64,000 nt of DNA from Curvularia clavata (lineage: Eukaryota). A program made the position numbers and the translations under genes. The notes under the pieces were generated by a model. The model saw only the letters and a list, made by a program, of their open reading frames with translations, was not told the DNA's origin and did no database searches. Positions 39,233-49,634 of this stretch are shown here, one piece after another. The DNA lies in NCBI GenBank assembly GCA_023920165.1, contig CP089280.1, positions 2,666,001 through 2,730,000 of the forward strand. Direction: 5' to 3'. The stretch's first letter is position 1; each line of letters begins with the position of its first letter.

Positions 39233-39901
39233 ACGTACCTCACGGGTTCGCGGTCTACACGGGTTCGCGGTCCACTTTTGCCAAGACCCTACTAAAATAC
39301 CTACTACCTATAAATGTTACAACAATAATAGTAGTTATAGCCTTCTAGTAAATGTTAAATATAGCTTACTCTTTAAGCTCTCAAATAGGACGCGAATCTC
39401 TCAGAATGACGTGCTGTAGCTCTTTATAATGTCTCTCGAACAACACTATATTAAAAACGCGACAGACGGGATTTATAAGCAGATTGCAGGCCTAAAACAA
39501 TAAATCTAACTAAGCTTAAGGAGGAGGTGATTATTAAGTATATTCTTAATCTTAGTTTACGTAGATTTCCCCCTAGGCTCGCAGATATAGCTAATATAGC
39601 CAATTTCTTACGCGCTAAGCGCAATTTAGGCTAGGTTAGCTAAAACTAGCCTAATATATTCGTTAAGCGCCGCCCTAAGCTTAAAGTAAAGTTTAATCGC
39701 AAGTATAACTATAAGAAAGCACTCTATAAGAATTTTAAAGCTATTTAAGACTAGTTTAGTCTAGTAGCTAATATAAAAGCTAAGTATAGTATCTAAGATA
39801 ACGATATATACAACTTTAATAAAATAGGCTTTATAATAGACTAGATTACCCCTAGAGCAGTTATTATAGCTTTAGAGAGACGTGGACGGCTAAAGACTAT
39901 C
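39233..39901 (+). mobile_element. RIP-mutated, truncated 5' copy of the pogo element at 16154-18015
   Basis: Same TIR after TA. Collinear with the reverse complement of ~17347-18015, with dense C>T/G>A changes. Ends abruptly at the Gypsy B LTR. Confidence 0.95.
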
Positions 39902-40703
39902 TGTTAGACTGTTAGTGGCGTGAAGGTACAGCACGAGATAGATGAGAGAGAACTATGCTTTAACAGCCATGTATTCACGAGACGAATCGCTATCGAGCAC
40001 CTCTAGCGATCGTGGAGGCTTTATAGCCTTAGGTAAGCCCTAGCTGACTAACTAGCGTGAAGAAGGAGGGAATTGGACCAACATGTCCCAATTTGGACCA
40101 GGTCCTGACAATACCTCCCTTCTTAGGGTGCAGCTGTCCCAGCTGCGCAACTTATCATGCTTGCCGCCCAGTTTGAGCGATTACTGGGTGATGCCGCCGT
40201 GTGGGTTGGAGGGTGTATTTTACTTGCTCACCGCCCCAGGGCTATGACGTCATAATAGCGGAGTTTTGCGCTGCTGCCTAGCCGACTGCCCCACTTTGGG
40301 CCAACCCGGCCCATCGGGGTACTCCTGGGCAGCGCCAAGAGTCACGTGACGCGCTAATTTAGTGCGGATCCAGGGATACAATAGCCAGTTTTTGACTAAG
40401 CCCAGTACACCCCACAGTCCACCAACCCCACTTTGGTAAGTAGACTCCCATTTTGTGGGTCTTCTCAGTTTGGGCCCGACACCTTCCACCCACGGTCTGT
40501 TTGCAACAGTTTGGCCCAATTTGGGCCAGTTTGCAGTCGACCTTGGTTTTGTTGCCTTTTTCTGAGGTTCTTCCCCTGGACTTGGAGTTTTCTGCTGACT
40601 GTTCTTTTTAGGCTGTTTCCTCCCATACGATCCATTTCGCGACAGATTCGACCGATTCGTCCCAAACACCCCCAAATTGGGGCCTTCAAGACCCACTTGA
40701 ACC

Positions 40704-41769
40704 ATGACGAACGCACTTGGATCCGTCAACCGCAGTACGGTGTCAAACCTGTTCGTACGCAAGGGCCAGAGGTCTTACTACGCTTGTGTGTGCTGTCTGA
40801 ACGCCTTCAGGGATAATGAGCCCGTTACTTTTGGCAGAGCGGGTTGCGTTATGTTGGACATCGACAATCCTGAGGTAGCTGAGGCTTGGTCTGGCTACAA
40901 GGTTGAACCGGAGTCTGGCGGTATGCCTAGGCAGGTGATGAAGTGTCTTCGCTGCTCTTACATCAACCGTGTCTGTTTTGCGGTAAGTTGCCCTGTTTTG
41001 CTCTGATTTGGTCCAATTTGGAGCTAAATGAGTGGTTAGGTGCCTCCTCCCGACAAGTTCTCCCCCGACTGGGTGAGACTTGGCCAGCTCATTGGGAAGG
41101 TTGAGGATGCCTTCCATGCCATTGACAAAGATATCCCCGAGGGTGCCAATGAGGCTGAAGTTCGTGCTGAGCGCAGGGAAATGTACGAGGTGGCCGTTAC
41201 TAGGCTTAGTATGTTCAGCAAGCCTATTGTTGAGTCACTCAAGAAGTAAGTGATCCAATTTTCCTAAATCTGGCCCAAATTGGACTAATTTGTGTAGGTT
41301 TGAGCCTCATGCTACTCATCTGTCTCTTTCCTCTGGTGCCATCGAGGAGGAAGATGATCCCCGCTCTGGTGTGAAGACTTCTGCCCTTGGCCGCTCCAAG
41401 AAGGATGAAGAGGTCAAGAGGAAGGCTCATGAGATCGAGGTGGAAACTTTGGTCGAGGCAAGGGTCAAGAAGTCCAAGTATGGCTCTGGTGGGCGCAAGA
41501 AGGAGGTTTGTGATCCTTTTCCCCCCTATTTACGCCAAATTGCCCCAATTTGGACTAACTTGGTTCTTTAGGTCAAGGTTGCCGAGGATGTCACTGATGA
41601 GCTTCAGAAGCGCATCAATGACATTGATGAAGAGATTTTGCAAAAAATGTCTGAGAAGGAGGGGGCCAAGGGTCAAGCCAAGAGGAAGATCACCAATGAC
41701 ATCAAGAACTTGGAAAAAGCCAAGGCAAGGCTTAACAAGGAGTACGAGGCCGCAGTTGCCGGTGATTAA
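40704..41769 (+). CDS. Antisense, 4-exon accessory gene inside Gypsy B (296 aa): expanded Zn2Cys6-like Cys pattern plus Lys/Glu-rich coiled coil
   Basis: Exons 40704-40982, 41040-41245, 41298-41505 and 41572-41769 join in frame (891 nt, no internal stop). GT..CTAA..AG introns. CX2C-X16-C-X32-CX2C-X6-C. Confidence 0.85.
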
Positions 41770-42057
41770 GGGTGGTTGGGTCTAGTTTTGTCCGTTTTGG
41801 CCCAAATTGGGTCAGTATGGGCTATGGTGGTTTTCTTCCCTTTCATATGAGATACCCAGGGCATTAGGATGGAGGTGATAATTGAAATTCTCTTTTCTTT
41901 ACTTTTCCATTCCTTGGTTTTTGTTGTGCAATGTCAGTTCAACATGGACCAATTTGGGCCAGGTTGCCCTAATCAGCTTATGCCGTTAAACACCTATAAA
42001 ACCCTTTGGGGAAAAAAGTAGGTGAAGGTACATGTGCTAATTTGGCTCCTATTGGCC

Positions 42058-45000
42058 CTATTTGGCCCGTTTTGGCCCGCGTCTGCGTCGAGGGACCTGA
42101 TTTGATTTGTTCCAGAACTCTTGAAGCGTTTTCTGGGTAACATTGGCGGCTGGCTCCCATGTGTTTTCAGAGTCGGGGTATCCAGTCCATTTCACTAAGT
42201 ATTCCCACTGATCGTCCTTGTTCTTCCTATGTCCCACTATTTTGTCCACGAGGTAGACATCGTCGCCTGTCTCGCCTAGTTCGTGTTGTGTTGGGACTTC
42301 AGGATGTGGTATATCACCTGGGGGGTGATACTGCTCTAGTAAGGATGCATGGAACACTGGGTGTACGTTTTTTAGGCCAGGCATATCTACTTTAAATGCT
42401 GATGGGCCGATTTGCTCAGTTATTGTGCCTGGGCCAACGTATTTCCAGTCGATCTTCTTCTTTGGTCGCAGGGATTTAATATGCTTATTAGATAGCAGTA
42501 CTTTATCCCCTACCTTAAAAGGAATGGGTTGTCTTTTCTTATCTGCGTGCCGTTTTTGGTACTCTTGCGCTTTTAGAATATTGTTCTTGCACTCTTGTTG
42601 TATTTCGATTATTCTTGAGGCAGTACTTGCCGCTAGGGGGTTTTCGCCCCCAGTTTGGGCGTCTTTGGGCCATTCTGCGCCTCTTGGGTGTATGCCGTTG
42701 CATGCTTGGAAGGGGGTGACCTTGGTAGTCGAATGTACACTGTCATTGTACGCGTATTCCCCTACTGAGATCCATAATGCCCAGTCGTCCTGCTCTAGGG
42801 AACAGTAGCAGCGGAGGTACTGTTCTAGAGTCTGATTTTGGCGTTCAGTCTGGCCATCTGTTTGTGGGTGGTATGCCGAAGTAAGTACACGTTTCGAGTT
42901 AAGGTAGTGAAGAAAGGTCTTCCAATGGGTGGAGTTCATTAAAGGGCCTCTATCTGATATGATTCGGCGTGGTACGCCATGGAGACGGATTACTTCGCGC
43001 AACCATGCCTGAGCTAGGTCTACTCCGTCCCAATTGGACCGTGCTGGCACGTAATGGGCCATTTTGGTCAGTCTGTCGACTATCACGAGGATTGCGTCGT
43101 ATACTACGCCTTGCAGTTTGCTTGGTGGCAATTCAGTTATAAAGTCCATTGTTACTTCCTCCCAGGCTCTATTGGGTGGTGGTAATGGTGCAAGGGGCCC
43201 GTATGGCAGGTGCCGTTTCGGGGTAGATTTTTGACAGATAAGGCATGATTTGCAGTAGTCTTCCACGTCTTTCCTCATGCCAGCCCACTTGTAGTGGCGC
43301 GTTAGTTTCTCTAATGTGCGTCTTGCGCCAAAATGTCCAGAAAGCGGGTCGTCGTGACCTTGTTTTAATGCTGCTGCTTTTTCCTGTGCCGTCTTGGGCA
43401 CGGTTGGGCCAGAGTGGCCCTGTTTGAGCCTTTGTGGACTTGGTTTGGCCACGTCGTCTTCTTCTGAGCTACATGAGTCCGAAGTGTATTCGTCCGTCTC
43501 TGAGTCGGCCTCTTGAGCCAATGCTGCATGCCTCTGGTCTTCATGTTGCTTCGCTGCTGTATTCTGCCGTCCTTGTGATCGTGTGGTGGTAGCTGCAGCT
43601 ATAGCAGTCCCTTCGGCATTGAATTTGAGCAGATGGCGTAGCGATGGCACATATGCGCTATTATTCTTCTGCTTTGGCTCTTGGGCGGCTTTTATGTAGT
43701 CGGGTCTGCGCGATGGGCCGTCGGCGGGGTTTGTTTTCCCAGGTTGGTGTACAATTGTGAAATCAAAACCTGATAGGGCTAAGTAAGACCGTACCTGGCG
43801 GTGATTCAGTGTTTTGGTTTCCATGAACCACTTCAGGTTTCGATGGTCAGTAATTAGATCAAAGTGTATCCCATCAAGATATCTTCGCCAGTGTTGGAGA
43901 CTAGCGACGATAGCTAGTAGCTCTTGGTCATGCGTGTCATAGTTGTACTCCGCGGCGATTAATTTGCGCGAGTAGAAGTCTACGGGTCTCCAGCAAGCCT
44001 CTTTGGGCACGTACTGGCTTAGGATGCCAGCAATCGCTCCTCCCGACGCATCGACCTGTACTCTAGTCTGATTGTCTGGATTAAAGTGGGTTAGGATAGG
44101 TACTGCCGTAAAGGAGTTTTTTAGCGTCTTAAACGCGCTCTTGGCGTTTTCGTCTAGAATTAGCAGTACGCTTTCCTCTTTTCGCTGAGCTTTGCCCCCT
44201 TTGGCGGCGTTCGGCTCCTTTTTCAGTAACTCAGTTAAAGGCAGTGCGATTCTGGAGAAGTTAGCAATGAATCGACGATAGTAGTTCATGAAGCCTAGAA
44301 ACACGCGGACATCGCGCACTGTACGCGGTTCTGGCCATTCTTGGGCCGTTTTGGCCCGATCTGGGTCGATACTTATACCCTCGGGGCTAACTGTGTAGCC
44401 AAGGAACTCAGTGTGTTGGGTGTGCCATTCACACTTCGAAGTCTTCAAATACAGCTTGGCTTCGCGCAATCTGTTTAAGACTTCGCGCACGTGTCTCTCG
44501 TGCTCCTCTTCTGTGTTGGAGAACACCAGGATATCGTCCAAATACACAATACAACTCACATCTACCAATCCTGCAAGGATATGGTGTATGTACGCCTGAA
44601 ATTGTGCAGGAGCGTTTGTAAGGCCAAAAGGCATCACAGTATACTCGAAATGGCCGTATCTGGTGCGGAAGGCTGTCTTCCACTCGTCTCCCTCCTTAAT
44701 CCTCACCCTATGATATGCTTCTCGGACGTCTAGCTTGGTATAGAATTTTGCCTCAGCCAATCTATCCAAGGACTCCGTAATCAAGGGTAAAGGGTGACGG
44801 TTTTTGAGCGTTATGTTGTTTAGACCTCTATAGTCCACACATAACCTCATCGTGCCGTCTTTCTTCTTCGCGAAGAGTATTGGTGCGCCTGCTGGCGACT
44901 TCGAATGTCTAATCCACCCTCTCGCGAGATACTCACGCAAGTAATCCCGGAGTAGCGCTAACTCGCTCTTCGAGAGCCCATATAGCGGCTGATGTGGTGG

Positions 45001-45790
45001 CGTGGTGCCTTCTTTCAAGGTTATCACCAAATCGTGCGGGCCATGCTCAGCAAGGCACTTGGCATCCTCTTCCGAGGCCAAATCCGCAAAGTCCTCGTAC
45101 TGTGGTGGCAACTGAGGCAACTTGGCTTGATCAGGGCCAACCTGGGCGTTCTTGGGCTTCTCCAACCCCTCCCAGTCCTCTTCCTCGTCGCTTGGGTCCC
45201 AACCCATCACAGTGGACACTTTGAGCGCGTAAACGTCCGTCGTGGGCGTTCGGAGTGTTTTCTCAAACTCTTCGGCGCTTTCTGTCGCGATTTTCTCATA
45301 TGAAGCCCTATCTACATATTTCACGCCCCTAAATAGCACTCGACGCGACCGGAGGCTTATTTTGGGCTTGTAGAAGTCGACCCAGGGCATACCTAAGCAT
45401 ACTGGGTAATGCTTCATTTCTGTCACCACAAAAGGTATATTCTGGACTTTAGTCCTCCCTCTTGTGTCTGTGACTTTCATGGTCACCTCTGTAGTGCCAT
45501 AAATCTCAAACTCCGCGCCGCTTAAGGCTTCTGCCACTAAGTTCGGTATAGGAGTTATTGTTAAATCGTGATCCTTGGCTTGGTGGATTGAGAGTAGATT
45601 TAGTTGAGACCCTCCATCTATCAGCGCTTCGAGTGGATCTTGGCCAATTTGCACCGTTATGGTCAATAGTGGGCTAGGTTTGCTGAACATTGCTTCGCGA
45701 AGTGTCTTCAAGTCCTCTTCTAGCTCTAGCCTTGCAATATGGGCGGAGAGTAGGGCTACTAGGTTCTCCGCCCCTTGCCTTTTTCCAGTT
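42058..45790 (-). CDS. pol: Gypsy pol (protease, RT, RNase H, integrase, chromodomain), probably via a -1 frameshift from gag
   Basis: ALIDGGS, YLDD, VDAS, HHCC zinc finger, MDFI..SDRG..TER, YLVKWTGYPDSENTWEP. The pol frame overlaps the gag end in the -1 frame at GGAAAAAG. Confidence 0.95.
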
Positions 45791-46991
45791 TGGGTTCCTC
45801 AGGTGCCGCTTGGCTTTGTTTGTGCTTACTACAGTTCCTGCTGATGTGTCCGGGTTCCCCGCAGTTGTAACAGACAATTTTGCCCTCTGCGTCGCGTCCT
45901 CGAACCTTGTTTGCCGCGTATGAACCTTTTGTATCCGCAGGGTTCCGTCTTTGTTTTTTCAGGGTTTTTTCGTACCCTCTTGTGTTCTTTGGTGGTGTGC
46001 CGCTCCTGGCTTGCTTGTTCTGCGTTGTTCTAGCGTTGCTAGGCTTCTCTCTTTTCGTTCTGTCCCAGATAAGTCGCGCTCGCGCGTTTAGGTCTGAGAT
46101 TGTGCTTCTTTGACCTGGTTCGAGTAAAAGCAACTCTTTCTGTATTGTCATTGTCAAAGCGCCCATAAAGTCCCTCACTCTCTGCTCTTCCGAGTAGGAA
46201 TTGCCCAATTCGGACCAAAGTGTGTCCAATTTGGCCAACAGGTCGTTTGGGTCCTGAGACCAGTCCTGTCTGATGTGTTTGAGAGCTCGGTGGGCTTCAA
46301 GCTTCCGCTGTTCTGGTGGTCCCAGTGAATCCACCATTACAGTCTTCAGGTCTAGCCACGTGGGTGTCCAATTCGTGTCTTTTCTACAGTAGTCGTGATA
46401 ATAGGCGTCCCATGTGGAGCGTAGGGGGTCAGTGATATACCTAAGCCCAAAATCGATCTTGACTGCCTCTGTTTGGAACGTTTTAGGGCTTCCCCTAAAC
46501 GTTGCCTCACATTCGCGTTCCCAGCGATTGTACTCGGCACGATCGCGGCTTGTGAACTGTGTTGGTTTTTCTGGTCGTGGAGCTCCCACGTTTGGTTCTA
46601 GTTGTATCCCCACCGCACGGTGTGGTTCATATAGGTCCTCTGTCAGTGCTGTCGTGTCACCTTGGTCGAACCGACGCTTGATTTCCTGGAGACGTTTCAG
46701 TTCTTGCTCGTCAAGCGCTCGTTGCCTCCAAGCGCGCAGTTCGTCTAGCTGTTGAGCAATGGTGGTCTGAGGTGGTTCAAGTCGAGCTGGGCTGCCCTGA
46801 ATTGGGCTTCTCTGTGCCAGTTCGGCCTGATCTGCCTCCGTGACGGCAGGCTCGGATAGTTCACTTGAAGATGGCTGGGTTGAGTCTCTAGTTAGAGTGG
46901 GCTGTGAGTCCCCTACTACCGTGTTTCGAGTTGACCTTGGGCGGCTCCGAGTTTGGCGACTACCTGGGTTCGGCATGGCTCTCTCTGACAT
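45759..46991 (-). CDS. gag: Gypsy gag
   Basis: 410-aa ORF after the 5' LTR, with zinc knuckle CYNCGEPGHISRNC. Confidence 0.93.
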   Translation of the reverse strand: MSERAMPNPGSRQTRSRPRSTRNTVVGDSQPTLTRDSTQPSSSELSEPAVTEADQAELAQRSPIQGSPARLEPPQTTIAQQLDELRAWRQRALDEQELKRLQEIKRRFDQGDTTALTEDLYEPHRAVGIQLEPNVGAPRPEKPTQFTSRDRAEYNRWERECEATFRGSPKTFQTEAVKIDFGLRYITDPLRSTWDAYYHDYCRKDTNWTPTWLDLKTVMVDSLGPPEQRKLEAHRALKHIRQDWSQDPNDLLAKLDTLWSELGNSYSEEQRVRDFMGALTMTIQKELLLLEPGQRSTISDLNARARLIWDRTKREKPSNARTTQNKQARSGTPPKNTRGYEKTLKKQRRNPADTKGSYAANKVRGRDAEGKIVCYNCGEPGHISRNCSKHKQSQAAPEEPKLEKGKGRRT

Positions 46992-47232
46992 CTCGTAGGT
47001 GTACTTGAGGAGAGCGATTCGAATGTTAGACTGTTAGTGGCGTGAAGGTACAGCACGAGATAGATGAGAGAGAACTATGCTTTAACAGCCATGTATTCAC
47101 GAGACGAATCGCTATCGAGCACCTCTAGCGATCGTGGAGGCTTTATAGCCTTAGGTAAGCCCTAGCTGACTAACTAGCGTGAAGAAGGAGGGAATTGGAC
47201 CGGCATGTCCCAATTTGGACCAGGTCCTGACA

Positions 47233-47315
47233 TAAGCTAGTCAGCTAATCTACAGTATCTGGGTGCGTACTTCTATACCCAGAATCAACTTAGTCTATAG
47301 TCGATCTGTCAAGAC
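47233..47315 (+). repeat. Fragment of a Copia LTR (same family as 49273), the target of the hAT insertion; it resumes at 63985-64000
   Basis: Reverse complement of the LTR end (taagctagtcagc...gtcaagac|tataatcg), with one mismatch. Confidence 0.93.
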
Positions 47316-47344
47316 TAGACTGGTAAATGGGTATGGGGCACCCG

Positions 47345-47575
47345 GCTCGGGTTGGGGTAGGGCTTGGGGCTATAGAGACTCGGGCTGGGGTAGGGCTGGG
47401 GCTGCTAAGAGTCGGGCTGGGGTAGGGCTGGGGCTGCTAAGAGTCGGGCTGGGGTAGGGCTAGGGCTGCTAAGAGTCGGGCTGGGGCAGGGCTGGGTTGC
47501 TTGGCACTTGGGCTGGGGTAGGGCTGGGTTACTAAAGAGTTAGGTAGGGGTAGGGCTGGGTATAGCCTGCCCAGC
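47345..47575 (+). repeat. hAT left subterminal G-rich tandem repeats (~32-bp unit gggctggggtagggctggggctgctaagagtc)
   Basis: Visible tandem array; related repeats occur at 63710-63970. Confidence 0.9.
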
Positions 47576-47699
47576 TAGATTACAAATAACTTTAGGCTAG
47601 AAAAGATTCGAATTTATTATAGTTTATTATTATAGTAGCTTTAAAAAGAACTTTAAGATAAAACTAATAGGATTTATTACAGTTGACTATTACGGTAGC

Positions 47700-49272
47700 G
47701 CGCAGGGCAGACACGCTTTCGTGGAGGAAGTGGTAACTCGTCCTCTACCTTATCCACTTCCTCTAGAGATTCTTCTATATCCTGACTCTGATATTAACTC
47801 CTACACTCCTCTATATCTGCTGGGAGCTTAAACAAATTACTAATATTATTAGAAAGTTGGATAGCTTTCTCTATAGGCTCGTCTAAGTCTCTATTAAGAC
47901 TCTCTATTTTATTAGAATTTGCAAATTTAAGAATTATAAGTTGTTGAATTTTTTTAGTAGAAAGCTAATGTCGACGATTGCTAATAACTTCTTTAGTAAT
48001 ACTAAAGACTCTCTCTACACTTATTTACGCAATTGGTATAGCTAGAATATCTTTTATAACTTGGGTAAGATAGGGGTATATAATCTTACTTGCTTTCTAT
48101 CACTCTAAGATATTAATATATTTCCATAAATTAATACTAGAGCTGGTTAGATATAGCTCTCTTTTTTAATAAGTTGGCCCTCTACTCTTTTTAATTTTCT
48201 AGCTTGAAGAATCTTAGTTTAAAAGAGAAATCTGGTTTGATTGTAATTGAAGTAAAGTAGGCCTTCAAAACTATTCTATGCTTAATACTCTCTAAGGAAA
48301 TAAGCTTAGTATTAACTATATAATTTCTTAATTATTATATTAAGCTAGATAATTAAGAAACTACTACTAGTAGATATACTTATCTTAAAACTCCTATATC
48401 TTATTCTATATCTTCTATTAGTATCTATCTGTAATAAATATCTGTAATAATACCTTGTAAGCTATAAGCTTTTACATTAGATCAAGAATCATCACGCAGT
48501 TGAATAAGAAGCCACGCTCTTTATCAGTTTTCGAGTAGTATTTACTCAACTTTACCCTCCCTTTCGCCGCCACAGCTCTCACCACTTATAGCCAGTTGCT
48601 ATTCTCTAAGTCTTCTCCTAAATCAACCTCCATCTAATTAAGAAAATTAAAAAGCTAATTATACATAAGCCAGATATATAGTATTTGAGGTTTTCGACTC
48701 TGACTTAGAGACATTATTGCAGTCTTAAAATGGCTAAGCATTTCAGTAACCATCTCAAGATACGACCATTCTTGTGCAGATAGTCGTAGTCTCTTAAGAT
48801 CCCAAGAATTAATATCAGTATTATTATCGGCCTCTGAGAGATTTTCAGTATGGATAGGAACCCTTAACGCGATCTCATCTTTAAGCCATTCATCGATATA
48901 TTGCCGAAGCTTAACTACGCGCTCACACATATTATATGTCGAGTTCCATCATATTCTAACATCACAGATAACACTAAGACGTTTTTTTAGTAGTAGATCC
49001 CGTTATATTGCGAGAAACCGTTCGTATCGCTAAAGAGATAAGTCAACTATAATACAGATTGCTCTAATCTATATTGTAGTTAGTATGTGATAAATAACTA
49101 TAATAAAAAATTCTTCTCTTGCGAAGTGAATTAGGGACTAAGATATTGGCATCTACTTCATTAATCTGTTATCTCTACAAATCTTATATATTATCTAACT
49201 CAGTAGAAGCTAATAGCCTTAAGTACTAGATAATATCCTAGACAACGAGGTTGATAATATAGGCTAAGTAGA
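47700..49272 (-). pseudogene. hAT transposase, C-terminal part (RIP-degraded)
   Basis: LAYIINLVV (decayed CxxH region), VR..WNSTYNMCERVVKLR, and the dimerisation motif YPYLTQVIKDILAIPIA.ISVERVFS..NRRH.LS. Confidence 0.9.
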
Positions 49273-49634
49273 TGTTGAAGTAATAGGTGGCTGCTAGTAC
49301 TACTAGTAGTAGACTTAGACAGCCTGATCGAGAGACTCTAGATAGACGAGAGATTGCTAGGGGAGAGAGTTAATAGATACAATTGATTTTGTATAAACTG
49401 CTCTGGTTTTTATCTACTAGCTATTCTACTACTATATATATTGGCTGGAGTAGATTCTAGAAGAATCTATCTAGTAGTAGCTTGCGTAATCTTTGGCGTC
49501 ATAGACAGATGTCTATAGATCGATTATAGTCTTGACAGATCGACTATAGACTAAGTTGATTCTGGGTATAGGAGTACGCACCCAGATACTGTAGATTAGC
49601 TGACTAGCTTAGATCTACAACACGCCCCCTTAAG

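Larger units (their letters stand above)
39902..47232 (-). mobile_element. Intact Ty3/Gypsy chromovirus LTR retrotransposon (element B)
   Basis: 209-bp LTRs at 39902-40110 and 47024-47232 (2 differences seen). PPT at 40111-40125. Open gag and pol. Confidence 0.97.

Noticed and set aside
40250..40816. ORFs 40250-40762(-) and 40433-40816(+) as env-like genes
   Set aside because: Non-ATG starts and low-complexity products derived from the periodic motif region; the spliced gene from 40704 explains the coding signal.
47345..47575. G-rich array as a telomere or CRISPR-like array
   Set aside because: Not TTAGGG, no unique spacers, and mirrored at the other hAT end, so these are subterminal repeats.
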